Shown here: positions 17,616 through 27,087 of the stretch, piece after piece
How the letters are laid out: every line of letters starts with the position of its first letter
How positions within the stretch are numbered: position 1 is the first letter of the stretch
NCBI GenBank assembly: GCA_035685745.1
Contig: DASSAA010000004.1
Span: forward strand, 45,662 to 109,661
Direction of reading: 5' to 3'
Source: Sphingopyxis sp.
Lineage (GTDB): Bacteria > Pseudomonadota > Alphaproteobacteria > Sphingomonadales > Sphingomonadaceae
Length of the DNA stretch: 64,000 nucleotides
Made by a program: the position numbers and the translations under genes
Notes under the pieces: model-generated
The model's input: the letters and a program-made list of their open reading frames with translations, nothing else
What the model was told of the DNA's origin: nothing
The model's database searches: none

Positions 17616-19250
17616 TCAGCGTTGCGATCCTCCAACAAAGGCTTGCTGTGCGGCGGTTGGTTCAAAACTGTGCGCATCGGCCATTTTCCACGCTGCGCCG
17701 TAAAAATCCCGATCCTGCGCTCCATCCAGCAATTCGCCAGTCTTCAAGAACACATGCATTTGAGAGAATAAGCGAATTTCCGTCTCGCTCACCCGTCGCA
17801 CCAGATGATGCGGCCCAATATCGCTGGGGCAGGCAATCCCAGCGGCGGCCAGCATCTCTGCCAGCGCATGGAGGCTGTTGTGGTGAAACTGATGCACCCG
17901 ATCGGCCTTATCGGGCACCACCAGCGCCCTTTGGCGCGCCGCATCTTGCGTGGCCACGCCCACCGGGCAGCGATTGGTGTTGCAGCTCAGCGATTGAATG
18001 CACCCAATCGCAAACATAAAGCCGCGCGCGGCATTGGTCCAATCTGCGCCAATGGCCATCAGGCTGGCAATATCAAAAGCGCTCACCACCTTGCCGGCAG
18101 CGCCAATGCGTATCTGATCCCGCAATCCCACGCCAACCAACACATTGTGAACAAATAATAAACCCTCACGCAGGGGCAGGCCCAGATGATTGGAAAATTC
18201 CAGCGGCGCTGCGCCAGTGCCCCCCTCGGCCCCGTCGACCACGATGAAATCTGGCCTGATGCCGGTTTCCAGCATCGCTTTGACAATGGCCATAAATTCC
18301 CAAGGATGGCCCACACACAGCTTAAACCCAACCGGCTTTCCACCCGAAAGACGGCGCAAATCGGCAATAAACTCCATCATCTCAATCGGTGTGGTAAAGG
18401 CGGTATGCGCGGATGGAGAGACACAATCCTGCCCCACAGCCACACCGCGCACCGCCGCAATTTCCGGGGTTACTTTGGTGCCGGGCAATATGCCGCCATG
18501 GCCCGGCTTGGCGCCTTGGCTCAGCTTGATCTCAATCATCTTCACCTGCGGTGCCGTCGCTTGGGCAGCGAAGCGATCCGGATCAAAGACCCCGTCCTTG
18601 GTGCGGCAACCGAAATAACCGCTGCCAATTTCCCACACCAGATCGCCGCCATGCTCGCGATGATAATCGCTGATGCCGCCTTCCCCGCTATCCTGATAAA
18701 AACCGCCCATTTTTGCGCCGCGGTTCAGCGCCCTCACGGCATTGGCGCTGAGCGAGCCAAAGCTCATCGCTGAAATATTAAACAGCGAGGCGGAATAGGG
18801 TTGGGCACATTGATCACCACCAATGATAACGCGAAACTCAGCCGGATCCGCAATCGGCACCGGCCGGATGGAAGGCGCCATAAATTCATAGCCATCGCTA
18901 TAAACATTCAATTGCGTGCCAAAGGCTCTTTCGCTGCTTTCGCTTTTGGCGCGGGCATAGACAAGGGAACGCTGGCTACGGGAAAAGGGCGTTTGCTCTT
19001 GATCGCTTTCAATCAAATATTGCCTGATTTCCGGCCGGATCCATTCAATAAGCCACCGTACATTACCGATCACCGGATAATTGCGGCGAACCGCATGGCG
19101 CGTCTGCATCAAATCAAACAGGCCCAAAATCGATAACAGGCTGGCGATCACGAACCATGGCCAAAGGCCGGGGCGCCAAGCCAGTGCCACGCCAAAAGCA
19201 ATGGCAGCGATCAGACACAAAGCCAGCACGGTAAATCGACTAAGGCGCAA
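17616..19250 (-). CDS. FMN-binding glutamate synthase family protein (GltB domain-2-like, membrane anchored)
   Basis: MSFGSLS, KLSQGAKPGHGGILPG, VVDGAEGGTGAAP and Fe-S-like CNTNRCPVGVATQD. The ORF runs to 19337. I prefer TTG 19250 (AAGGA 9 nt upstream), giving an N-terminus of RLSRFTVLAL plus two TM helices. The start is uncertain. Confidence 0.8.
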   Translation of the reverse strand: MRLSRFTVLALCLIAAIAFGVALAWRPGLWPWFVIASLLSILGLFDLMQTRHAVRRNYPVIGNVRWLIEWIRPEIRQYLIESDQEQTPFSRSQRSLVYARAKSESSERAFGTQLNVYSDGYEFMAPSIRPVPIADPAEFRVIIGGDQCAQPYSASLFNISAMSFGSLSANAVRALNRGAKMGGFYQDSGEGGISDYHREHGGDLVWEIGSGYFGCRTKDGVFDPDRFAAQATAPQVKMIEIKLSQGAKPGHGGILPGTKVTPEIAAVRGVAVGQDCVSPSAHTAFTTPIEMMEFIADLRRLSGGKPVGFKLCVGHPWEFMAIVKAMLETGIRPDFIVVDGAEGGTGAAPLEFSNHLGLPLREGLLFVHNVLVGVGLRDQIRIGAAGKVVSAFDIASLMAIGADWTNAARGFMFAIGCIQSLSCNTNRCPVGVATQDAARQRALVVPDKADRVHQFHHNSLHALAEMLAAAGIACPSDIGPHHLVRRVSETEIRLFSQMHVFLKTGELLDGAQDRDFYGAAWKMADAHSFEPTAAQQAFVGGSQR

Positions 19251-19404
19251 GTCGGCAAATCCTTTTCTATGGGAGCAAAGCCTCACACCGTCCTGACAGC
19301 ACGGCAAAACAAAGGAATAGCGCCCCGCCAAAGCCAAGGCCAGCCTTGTAACAGGATCAAGACGAATAGCCGGGCCTGATCAGAAAGAAGAGTGTAGTGC
19401 GCCC

Positions 19405-19779
19405 TCAGATCAGCGGATAGCTGATCCCATAATAGCCATAAATGGTTCGGCCATATTCATCCGTATATTCCGGCGTCTCTTCGGTCGCATGGCGGGGCGC
19501 GTCGGTCAGCCGCTGCTTGTCAATATCCACCACATAGCCGCCCTGCTCCACATCATAGCTCAGCATATCCCAAGGGATAGGATAATGATCCGTGCCAAGC
19601 CCCAAAATGCCGCCAAATTCCATGACCGCATATTCGCTGCGGCCGGACTTCTTGTCGATCATGATATGCGCGATGGAGCCTAATTTTTGTCGCTGTATAT
19701 TATAAACCAGCGTTCCCTCGACCCGGTCCGATGCGATTAAGCGATTGGCCCCATATCCGGTCATTTGGCTATCCATCAT
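19405..19779 (-). CDS. PRC-barrel domain protein
   Basis: LIASDRVEGTLVYNIQRQKLGSIAHIMIDKKSGRSEYAVMEFGG is a PRC-barrel signature. AGGAG lies 5 nt before ATG 19779, and the ORF extends to 19857. Confidence 0.75.
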   Translation of the reverse strand: MMDSQMTGYGANRLIASDRVEGTLVYNIQRQKLGSIAHIMIDKKSGRSEYAVMEFGGILGLGTDHYPIPWDMLSYDVEQGGYVVDIDKQRLTDAPRHATEETPEYTDEYGRTIYGYYGISYPLI

Positions 19780-19941
19780 CCATCTCCTTCGCAAAAGAGC
19801 CCCGATGGAAGGCATGGCGCCAATCAAGGGGCTCTTAAGCAACGGCTCGGCAGGCATGATGTTCCGAAAGAAAGGGCGTAGAATATCCTATCCGATATTG
19901 CCTAGGCAGACTGTTTCGTCAGCCGAAATATCCTCAAGACC

Positions 19942-20613
19942 TTAACGCACACCCCGTCGCTCTACGGCATGGCGCTCGGCAAAACGCATCAACGCTTCAA
20001 TATCCTCGCGGCTAATATCAAAACTATCGTGCATATCCTCAATCGCAGCATCAATGTCTGACATATTGAAATAGGGTTCCACCGGCGTCTTCGGCAGGAT
20101 CGCCGCGCGGTGGGGATAGCTATGCTCCGTCATCTTGTGAAACAGGATCGCCAGCGCCACGAGCAACATGGAATTGATCGCCACTGGCATGAAGGCAAAG
20201 GCATAACCCGCCTCATGCACCCCTTGGCTGCCGATAACAGCGGTCAGTGCCGCTGCACCGCCCGGCGGGTGCAGACAGCGCAGCAGCGACATTAAGATGA
20301 TCGCCGCGCCCACAGCGGTGCCAGCCGCAACATAGATATTCGGTATCAGATGATAAATCTGCACGCCAACCAGCGTTGAAATGACATTGCCGCCGATCAC
20401 CGGCCAAGGCTGCGCCAAGGGACTGGCAGGCACGGCAAAAACCAACACGGCAGACGCCCCCAGCGGCGCCACGATGAAAGGCAGGTCGTGCATATCTGTC
20501 GGCACGAACGCGCAAACCGCCGCCGTCACCGCAATGGCAACCAGCGCACCCAATCCGGCAATCAGGCGGTCATAAAAGCTTCCGCCTGATAAAATAGACC
20601 TGAAAACAGCCAC
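19942..20613 (-). CDS. HPP family membrane protein
   Basis: The eponymous CLHPPGGAAALT motif and 4-5 TM helices, with a soluble C-terminal tail. Confidence 0.8.
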   Translation of the reverse strand: MAVFRSILSGGSFYDRLIAGLGALVAIAVTAAVCAFVPTDMHDLPFIVAPLGASAVLVFAVPASPLAQPWPVIGGNVISTLVGVQIYHLIPNIYVAAGTAVGAAIILMSLLRCLHPPGGAAALTAVIGSQGVHEAGYAFAFMPVAINSMLLVALAILFHKMTEHSYPHRAAILPKTPVEPYFNMSDIDAAIEDMHDSFDISREDIEALMRFAERHAVERRGVR

Positions 20614-20842
20614 TTAAATATCCATATCTTTCCGCAAATCGATCTGCACGCCTCGATCCCCAATATGCGGCATCTCGTGGCCCCTTCCCCATCACTTGCA
20701 AAGCAAGACATAATTCGTCCAACCATAGGCTGGGTTTATGCACCAGCGAAGGGAACGCATCAAAATCGGGAACGACGGCCAGCCACCCCCTGAGGCAAAT
20801 TGCCCGCTTTCACAAGAGCGCCCGCCGGCCCATAGCCAGCGC

Positions 20843-21340
20843 ATGATTTTTGCTTTCCGCCAGTTCCGGCCTCACCCTTTGCGGGCCTCAGCCGCCATGG
20901 CCACGGGACTGTTGCTCGCCTTTGCGCTTTCCGCATGCACCGATGATCGGCGACAGGAAAGATTGGCGCTGGCCGGGCCGACCCCCAATCTGGCAAGCCT
21001 CATGGCGGTAGCGGACGCCGAAATTGGCGCCCGAAAATTCGGCCAATGCGCCGCCTGCCACCGCATCAAGAAAAATGGTTCCGATCTGGGCGGCCCCAAT
21101 TTATATGGCTTTCAAAACGCGCCCTTCGCATCGCTCAGCCATCGCTTTGGCTATACCGCCGCACTGCGCGACGCCGGTGGCCGATGGGATGATGAAAATC
21201 TGGATCGCTGGATCCGCAATCCCAAACAAATGGTGCCGGGCACCAGCATGAATTTTGCTGGCGTCGCAGATCCGCTCGATCGCGCCGATATCATCGCCTA
21301 TATGAAAAGCATGTCCGGTAGCGATGCCGCTGCGCGATAA
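20843..21340 (+). CDS. Class I c-type cytochrome (lipoprotein-anchored, cytochrome c2-like)
   Basis: Heme motif CAACH, distal Met in MVPGTSMNF, and lipobox LAFALSAC. Start taken at MIFAFRQF (ATG 20843). Confidence 0.8.
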   Translation: MIFAFRQFRPHPLRASAAMATGLLLAFALSACTDDRRQERLALAGPTPNLASLMAVADAEIGARKFGQCAACHRIKKNGSDLGGPNLYGFQNAPFASLSHRFGYTAALRDAGGRWDDENLDRWIRNPKQMVPGTSMNFAGVADPLDRADIIAYMKSMSGSDAAAR

Positions 21341-21378
21341 GGCCAGCCGCCATTGCCTCTAAAGCCGCTAACGGATGA

Positions 21379-21708
21379 TCAATGGGCACTGACGTTAGAA
21401 AATAGGTTGATCACAACCACACCGGCAACAATCAGGCACATGCCCAGTATCGCAGGCATATCCAGTTTCTGGCCCAAAAACAGCCATGCAACCGCGGATA
21501 TCAACACAATGCCAACCCCCGACCATATCGCATAGGCGATGCCAATGGGCAGCGACCGCAGCGTGAGAGACAGGAAGTAAAAAGCAATCCCATATCCCGC
21601 TGCGGTCACCAAAGACGGGCCAAGACGGCTAAATCCATCAGACGATTTCAACGCAGCGGTGCCAATCACCTCGGCCAAAATTGCAATCGTTAGATAGATA
21701 TAGGTCAT
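21379..21708 (-). CDS. SMR family multidrug/quaternary-cation efflux protein (EmrE/Qac-like)
   Basis: 109 aa with 4 TM helices and the essential Glu in [11 protein letters not shown]. Confidence 0.9.
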   Translation of the reverse strand: MTYIYLTIAILAEVIGTAALKSSDGFSRLGPSLVTAAGYGIAFYFLSLTLRSLPIGIAYAIWSGVGIVLISAVAWLFLGQKLDMPAILGMCLIVAGVVVINLFSNVSAH

Positions 21709-21748
21709 AATATTTTTCTCTTTTTATCGGCCTGAACCCAACCGCTGA

Positions 21749-22321
21749 TTAGCCAATCAAACCAGCGGTTTCCGCAATCACCCAAAGGCCGATGATCAGG
21801 AATAATCCAGCTGCGACGCGGCGCACCGTATCCAGATTAACCCGCTTCAACAATTCATGCCCCAGAAAAATTGCCGGAACATTGGCGATCATCATGCCCA
21901 AAGTCGTGCCCGCCGTGACCATCACCAAATCCTGATATTGGGCACCCAGCGCAATGGTTGCCACTTGGGTTTTATCGCCCATCTCCACCAGAAAAAAGGC
22001 CACCAAAGTCGTCAGAAAAGCCCCCCAGCGATTTTTGGGCGCATCATCATCGTCGAACGTGTCCGGGATCAATGTCCACGCCGCCATCGCCACAAAGGCC
22101 GCGCCAATGGCATAGCGAAACCACAGACTATCTAGCAAATAAGCCGCCTTCACACCCAGCAGCGCCGCCAACGCGTGATTGGCGATGGTCGCAAATAATA
22201 TGCCCAAAATAATCGGCATTGGTTTTTTGAAGCGGGTCGCCAATAAAATGGCCAAAAGCTGAGTTTTGTCACCAATCTCCGCCAAACTGACGATGGCGGT
22301 TGACGTTAAAAAAGCTTCCAT
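21749..22321 (-). CDS. GDT1/TMEM165 (UPF0016) family cation (Mn2+/Ca2+) transporter
   Basis: Two copies of the E-x-G-D-K-T motif (LAEIGDKTQLL and LVEMGDKTQVA). Start at MEAFLTS (ATG 22321). The longer ORF to 22471 runs through the riboswitch. Confidence 0.85.
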   Translation of the reverse strand: MEAFLTSTAIVSLAEIGDKTQLLAILLATRFKKPMPIILGILFATIANHALAALLGVKAAYLLDSLWFRYAIGAAFVAMAAWTLIPDTFDDDDAPKNRWGAFLTTLVAFFLVEMGDKTQVATIALGAQYQDLVMVTAGTTLGMMIANVPAIFLGHELLKRVNLDTVRRVAAGLFLIIGLWVIAETAGLIG

Positions 22322-22399
22322 GAAATCATTCCCGGGCCGGGCGGCAGATAAACCAATAGACATCGCTCCTCGCCGCCCAGCCCGGACAGAAAGGATGAT

Positions 22400-22517
22400 G
22401 TCATTGGTCTCGCCCAAGCGGATCGATCCGCTTCCACTGCACCACGGCCTCTCGACCGAGTATGTTGACACAATGGCCCGCCTTTTGAAAAAGGCGGCTG
22501 GCTACTCCCCAGATGAC
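22400..22517 (-). promoter_or_regulatory. yybP-ykoY (Mn2+) riboswitch aptamer in the GDT1 leader
   Basis: The minus strand reads GTCATCT-GGGGAGTAGCC-(hairpin GCCGCCTTTT/AAAAGGCGGGC)-CATTGTGTCAACATAC-(hairpins incl. AAGCGGATCGATCCGCTT)-GGGCGAGACC-AATGAC. The GGGGAGUAG, CAACAUAC and GAGACC blocks are present, with a GTCAT/ATGAC closing helix. A 14-bp hairpin (22332..22385) follows and encloses GAGGAG. Confidence 0.7.
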
Positions 22518-22810
22518 CCGGCCTCCTTAGCCAGCATCCCCTGCACTGGCAAGCTGAACTTGATCGGTGGCGCCTTTGCATCGGCCTCGCCCTTAGCCCT
22601 CTGAGCGCCGTTAGCGCCGTTGACGCCCTTGTCTGTCGCCTCCGCTTCCATCACCGCAGCGTCCAGCGCCTTAACCCGCGCGTCAATTTCCGCGCTCGCC
22701 TTCTCATAACGCTCGTCAAAGCTCGGCTGCTTCGAACAGGCCGCAAGCGCAGTTAAAAAAGCGGGCACCAGCAACAAAGGCTTCAAGTCGCAGGGAGAAG
22801 ATCGCATCAT
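22502..22810 (-). CDS. Small lipoprotein, translationally coupled to tamB
   Basis: Lipobox LTALAAC, followed by a coiled-coil-like DERYEKASAEIDARVKALDAAVMEAEA and a low-complexity tail. ATG 22810 shares its A with the tamB TGA (TGATG). Confidence 0.6.
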   Translation of the reverse strand: MMRSSPCDLKPLLLVPAFLTALAACSKQPSFDERYEKASAEIDARVKALDAAVMEAEATDKGVNGANGAQRAKGEADAKAPPIKFSLPVQGMLAKEAGSSGE

Positions 22811-25800
22811 CAATAATCCTTGCGATAGCGAACGCTGAAATTGGTCTGCCCCGATCCGCCCGCTTGGCTGAGGATCGATAAAGCCTTGGTCAGACTGATT
22901 TCCAGCTGCGTCGCCGTATAGCCCCGACCATCGGTGATGACCTCCAGATAAATATCCTTCGAGATATATTGCCCAGCCGCAATCGCAGTGCCGCGCCCCT
23001 CTGTATCATCAGCGCCGAGCACGCGCAGACGGTCGATCCCCGCCGCCGATTGCAAAGTGCCAAGCGGATTCAGCCCGCCACCACCGCCGCGCAAGCTGTT
23101 GAGGGAAGCCGCCAATTGCACCGCTTGAATGGGCGACAAATCGGTGATGCTATCGCCAAACAAGATACGAGAGACGATCTCATCCTGCGGCAAGCCCGGC
23201 GTGCTGCTAAATGCGATTTGGGGATTTTGTGCTCGCCCTGTCACCGTCAGGGTGACATCCACCGTCTCAATGGTTTCCGTCGCGACCAAGCGGATCGCCG
23301 GATCATAGGCATTGGCCGTTGGAAAGCTGATCCGGCCTTCCTCCAATTTGAAAGACCGGCCCGCAAAGCCCAAAGTGCCCCGAACCAATTCCACCTCGCC
23401 ATTCACACGCGGGACATCCGTCGTGCCCTGTAAGCGAATATCCGCCTTCCATTCGGATTCCAGCCCCATGCCGCTGACATAGATTTGCTCTCCAGCGCGC
23501 AGGCGAATGTCCAGACGGATCAGGTCAAACAGGCTGCCGCCAACATCGGCCAAACGCTCACCCGTCACCCGTGCCCGGCCCGGAGCTGGCTTACGCCGCA
23601 CACCGCTAAGGCTGGGCACAACCGCCGCCCCTTCGCGCACATATTTATAGCGCGCCTCTGGAATGCGCAGATCACCGGAAATAATCGCCGTCTGCCCCAC
23701 CGATTTGGTCAGCTGCAAATCACCGGTCGCCCGCGCTGCCAAATTGTCGCTGCGGGCCAGCCGCGCATTGTTCAGCTTGGCAGATATGCTCATGGGATAG
23801 CCCTGAGCGGACGCCAGACTGATATAGCCCGATGCCGCAATATCCCCGTCACCCGCCGTCGCAGTCATCTTTTCGATCAACAAACGGTCGCCATTGAAGC
23901 GGCCCGTTACGGCCATATCCGTTAAGCGCGTGCCGAAGATCTGATTTTCATAAATCATATCCTTACCATGCACCATGCCTTCCAGGCAGGGGTTGCCCAG
24001 CACACAGCTGAAATCAGCCGCCACCGCAATCGGCCCGCTCACCGACTGCTGCGCTGGTCCAAAAAAGCTATAGAGCGTTTCGGCGGGGCCATTGTAACGG
24101 AAACCGCCACTGAGCGGCGCCGTCATCAGGCGGCTCGCCCAATCACTGCCACTGCCCAGCGGGCGCAGACCGGCCTGCAAACGGCCAACCACCGTCCCGC
24201 GTTTGCGCATGACGGCGCGCATATCGCCGCCATCCGTCGCCAATTGCCCCACAATATTCACATCCACTGGCTGGCTGACCGCCGCAGCGGTGGTGCGGGT
24301 GAAGTCCGAAATGGTCAGCCGGATATCCCCCGTTGGCACCGCATTGGCACCGGCCTGCACGATGTCCACGCTGCCTGTCGCTCTGCCGCCCAGCCCCATA
24401 TCGGGCATCAGACCGTTCAGCAGCGCCATATTAACTCGATCCAACCGGCTTTGCAGCATCATCCCATCATCGCCATAGCGACCCGCTATCCGCGCCTTGC
24501 TGCCGCGCCCCAGATCCACCGTTGTCGGCAGCAATTCATATCCGGCCTTGGAAAGGCGGATGCGCGCGGGATTATCTGTTCGGAAACTGATCCCGCTGGC
24601 GCGGCCATTCAAGGCGATGCGCCATAATTCTGGTGTCAGATCAGCATTGGCGGCGATACGAAATGGCACGCCGCTCTTGCCTTCCAACATGGTCTGCGCC
24701 TTGCCTTGGCCGCCGCGATAATCCACTTTCGCGCGGCCCACAGCGATATGATAGCTTTGAAAACGCATATCCGCGATCTGAACATCCGCCACTATATGGG
24801 GCTGTTCAAACAGCGTCGCATCCGCATCGATAATGGCTGATCCGATGGACAAATTGGCCGCCCCGGGCATCGCAATATGGTTGGCGCGAATATTCGCCTT
24901 CACCGCCTGATAGGCGCCATCCGCCGAAAGGCGCACGACACCGCCCAAGCCCTGACCATCGGCATCAAGCTGCCCCTCAAACGGACCAGCAGCATTTTGC
25001 ACCAGCCGTCCGCTAAAGCCCAAGCCCGCCAGATCGGCCCGCTCAATATCAATCGTCAACGGGCCGCTTTGCATCAGCAACAGCACTTCAGCTGACAGCG
25101 GTCCATAATCGCTCTCGCCTATCGCCGACAGATGATAGCCGCCCTGCGCGCCGGTGACCCGCGCTTCCAAATTGGCAAGGCCAATGCCCAGACCCGGTTT
25201 TTCGGCCCGCAAAATAGCGCGCGGATCGGTCAGCGTTCCGGTGACTTCCACCGCCAAGGGGCCATAATCAACGCTTTGCGCCTGCGCTGTTAGGGCCAAT
25301 TGCCCATTGGGTGCATAGCTGCCCTGCCCACCCGTTACGCGCAATTTCGGGGCCGTCAGCCGCAAGTTGGAAAAGCGCACTATGCCATCCGTTCCATAGC
25401 GCACCGCGCTGGATGCCGCGGCCTGCCCGCCCAGAAAATCCTCGACCCCGCTGTTAAGCAAACGCGTCGATCGGGCCCGCACCTGACCCGCCAGTTCAAA
25501 GCCGCCATTGGCCGCGCTTTTCAGGTCCACATCCGTATCAATATTGAAAATTCCAACGCTATCAATTTGATAACCATTGATCTTTCCATCAATCGCGCCG
25601 GTATAAATCGCCTTATTCAGATCCACGACCAAGATAGCACGCGCATCGATACGGGGCGAACGCAGCCGCATATTGTCGCTCAGCAAGCGGCCATCCTTAT
25701 AGGCCAGATCACCGTCCAGCCGGATAGCCTCCAACTTGCCGCCAGCCGCCACATCCAGCCCACGGATAGCAGCGGCACGCCCCGCCACCGGCACCAATAT

Positions 25801-27087
25801 CTGATCGGCGTCCACCCGCGCCTTGCCCGCCAAAGACAATGTCTCAATCACAATGTCATTCACCATCAGGCGGTTGGCATGGGCCTGATAATCCACCAAC
25901 GGCATGGCAAAGGCGCCATCCAGCTTGGCGTTCAGCCGAATGCCGTCGCCCCGCACCTGCGGCGCCAAAGCACTGGGCTTTAGCAGCACCATAGCAAGGC
26001 TCAGCGCCTCATAGCGATTTTCGCCCAGATCCACGCCGCCATTCACATTCAGGCGAAAGGCATCTGATCCCAGACGCCCAGCCAGTTCCGCCTTGCGCTC
26101 TTGCAGCTTGGCAGAAAGGTCGATCTGGATCACCGGCGCCAGCAAATCCTTCATCGCTGGCGGCGCTACCAGCCCGATATCCGCCGTGCCTTTGGTTGCA
26201 AATAGGCCGTCACGCGCACTCAGTGTCAGGTCCGCCAAGGGCTGCGCACCCAGCCGTGCGGTAAAAGCGCCATCCCAGGCCTTCCAATCACCGCGACCGT
26301 CCAATTGCACCGCCATTGGTGCGTTCAAGCCCGCCATGGCAGCCACAACACCATCGGCTGGCGCTTGCAAATCCATTTTCATGATCAAGCGATTGGCTTC
26401 GGGCACGGCATCCAAAACCAACTTCAACTGATCGCCCTTAATGGCACCTATACTATTGGCATCAGCTGATATTTTGGCACGGCCATCGGCAATCTCAACC
26501 TTCCCGGCCAGCGATAATTCGCGCTGCTCGCCGGTAATCGCTTTGCCAATGATGAAGCGATCCACCTGCAAGGTGCCGATGTCGATATCAAGATCCGGCA
26601 GCAAAGGCTCATCCGTATCGGCGGTCGGTTTAAACTCCGGCATCCGATCCAGCCGGATCGTTTCCGCCGTTGCGGATCGAATATCCAAATGATTGCGTAA
26701 ATAGGAAAAGGGACGCCAATCCACCCGAACCTCAGGCGACGATAAAAATACGCCCTTGGGATCGCTCAATTTCAATTCGCGCAACACCATCGCGCCATAA
26801 AGCGACCCATCCAATCGACCAATGTCGATCTTCATGCCATTTTCAAATTCGATTTTTTCGATCTGTGTAATCACAAATCGGCGACCAGCATCGCTGTTCA
26901 GCCCCACCACCAGCAACGCGATCAAAGCGATCAGTCCGGCCAAAGTGATGCCCAAGCCACGGGCTATTTTCCATCCCCACGACGCGGCGCGGCGCTTTTC
27001 ATCTCGTCCATCGCGCTGCACAGCGCCTTCGGGTTCGACATGTTCCGACGCGGCACTCAAGCCATTATTCTGCTCTTGCTCGCTCAT
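22810..27087 (-). CDS. tamB: Translocation and assembly module protein TamB (DUF490)
   Basis: 1425 aa with an N-terminal signal-anchor and a long beta-rich body. The C-terminal DUF490-like end is GRGYTATQLEISLTKALSILS. Its ATG overlaps the tamA stop (ATGA). Confidence 0.9.
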   Translation of the reverse strand: MSEQEQNNGLSAASEHVEPEGAVQRDGRDEKRRAASWGWKIARGLGITLAGLIALIALLVVGLNSDAGRRFVITQIEKIEFENGMKIDIGRLDGSLYGAMVLRELKLSDPKGVFLSSPEVRVDWRPFSYLRNHLDIRSATAETIRLDRMPEFKPTADTDEPLLPDLDIDIGTLQVDRFIIGKAITGEQRELSLAGKVEIADGRAKISADANSIGAIKGDQLKLVLDAVPEANRLIMKMDLQAPADGVVAAMAGLNAPMAVQLDGRGDWKAWDGAFTARLGAQPLADLTLSARDGLFATKGTADIGLVAPPAMKDLLAPVIQIDLSAKLQERKAELAGRLGSDAFRLNVNGGVDLGENRYEALSLAMVLLKPSALAPQVRGDGIRLNAKLDGAFAMPLVDYQAHANRLMVNDIVIETLSLAGKARVDADQILVPVAGRAAAIRGLDVAAGGKLEAIRLDGDLAYKDGRLLSDNMRLRSPRIDARAILVVDLNKAIYTGAIDGKINGYQIDSVGIFNIDTDVDLKSAANGGFELAGQVRARSTRLLNSGVEDFLGGQAAASSAVRYGTDGIVRFSNLRLTAPKLRVTGGQGSYAPNGQLALTAQAQSVDYGPLAVEVTGTLTDPRAILRAEKPGLGIGLANLEARVTGAQGGYHLSAIGESDYGPLSAEVLLLMQSGPLTIDIERADLAGLGFSGRLVQNAAGPFEGQLDADGQGLGGVVRLSADGAYQAVKANIRANHIAMPGAANLSIGSAIIDADATLFEQPHIVADVQIADMRFQSYHIAVGRAKVDYRGGQGKAQTMLEGKSGVPFRIAANADLTPELWRIALNGRASGISFRTDNPARIRLSKAGYELLPTTVDLGRGSKARIAGRYGDDGMMLQSRLDRVNMALLNGLMPDMGLGGRATGSVDIVQAGANAVPTGDIRLTISDFTRTTAAAVSQPVDVNIVGQLATDGGDMRAVMRKRGTVVGRLQAGLRPLGSGSDWASRLMTAPLSGGFRYNGPAETLYSFFGPAQQSVSGPIAVAADFSCVLGNPCLEGMVHGKDMIYENQIFGTRLTDMAVTGRFNGDRLLIEKMTATAGDGDIAASGYISLASAQGYPMSISAKLNNARLARSDNLAARATGDLQLTKSVGQTAIISGDLRIPEARYKYVREGAAVVPSLSGVRRKPAPGRARVTGERLADVGGSLFDLIRLDIRLRAGEQIYVSGMGLESEWKADIRLQGTTDVPRVNGEVELVRGTLGFAGRSFKLEEGRISFPTANAYDPAIRLVATETIETVDVTLTVTGRAQNPQIAFSSTPGLPQDEIVSRILFGDSITDLSPIQAVQLAASLNSLRGGGGGLNPLGTLQSAAGIDRLRVLGADDTEGRGTAIAAGQYISKDIYLEVITDGRGYTATQLEISLTKALSILSQAGGSGQTNFSVRYRKDY

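Noticed and set aside
21749-22471. The 240-aa version of the GDT1 ORF, with its N-terminal 50-aa extension.
   Set aside because: The extension is translated from the riboswitch and expression platform. The conserved family sequence begins at MEAFLTS (ATG 22321).
22471-22500. The hairpin CCGCCTTTT-TCA-AAAGGCGG just downstream of the lipoprotein gene. It first looked like that gene's intrinsic terminator.
   Set aside because: It sits between the GGGGAGUAG and CAACAUAC blocks and is better explained as a helix of the yybP-ykoY aptamer. It has no U-tract on the minus strand.
23968-25983. Long plus-strand ORFs inside tamB (23968-24627 and 25300-25983, among many others).
   Set aside because: They are antisense to a well-supported 1425-aa gene. 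Their composition is Arg/His/Pro/Gln-rich, which is typical of reverse-frame artefacts in GC-rich coding DNA.
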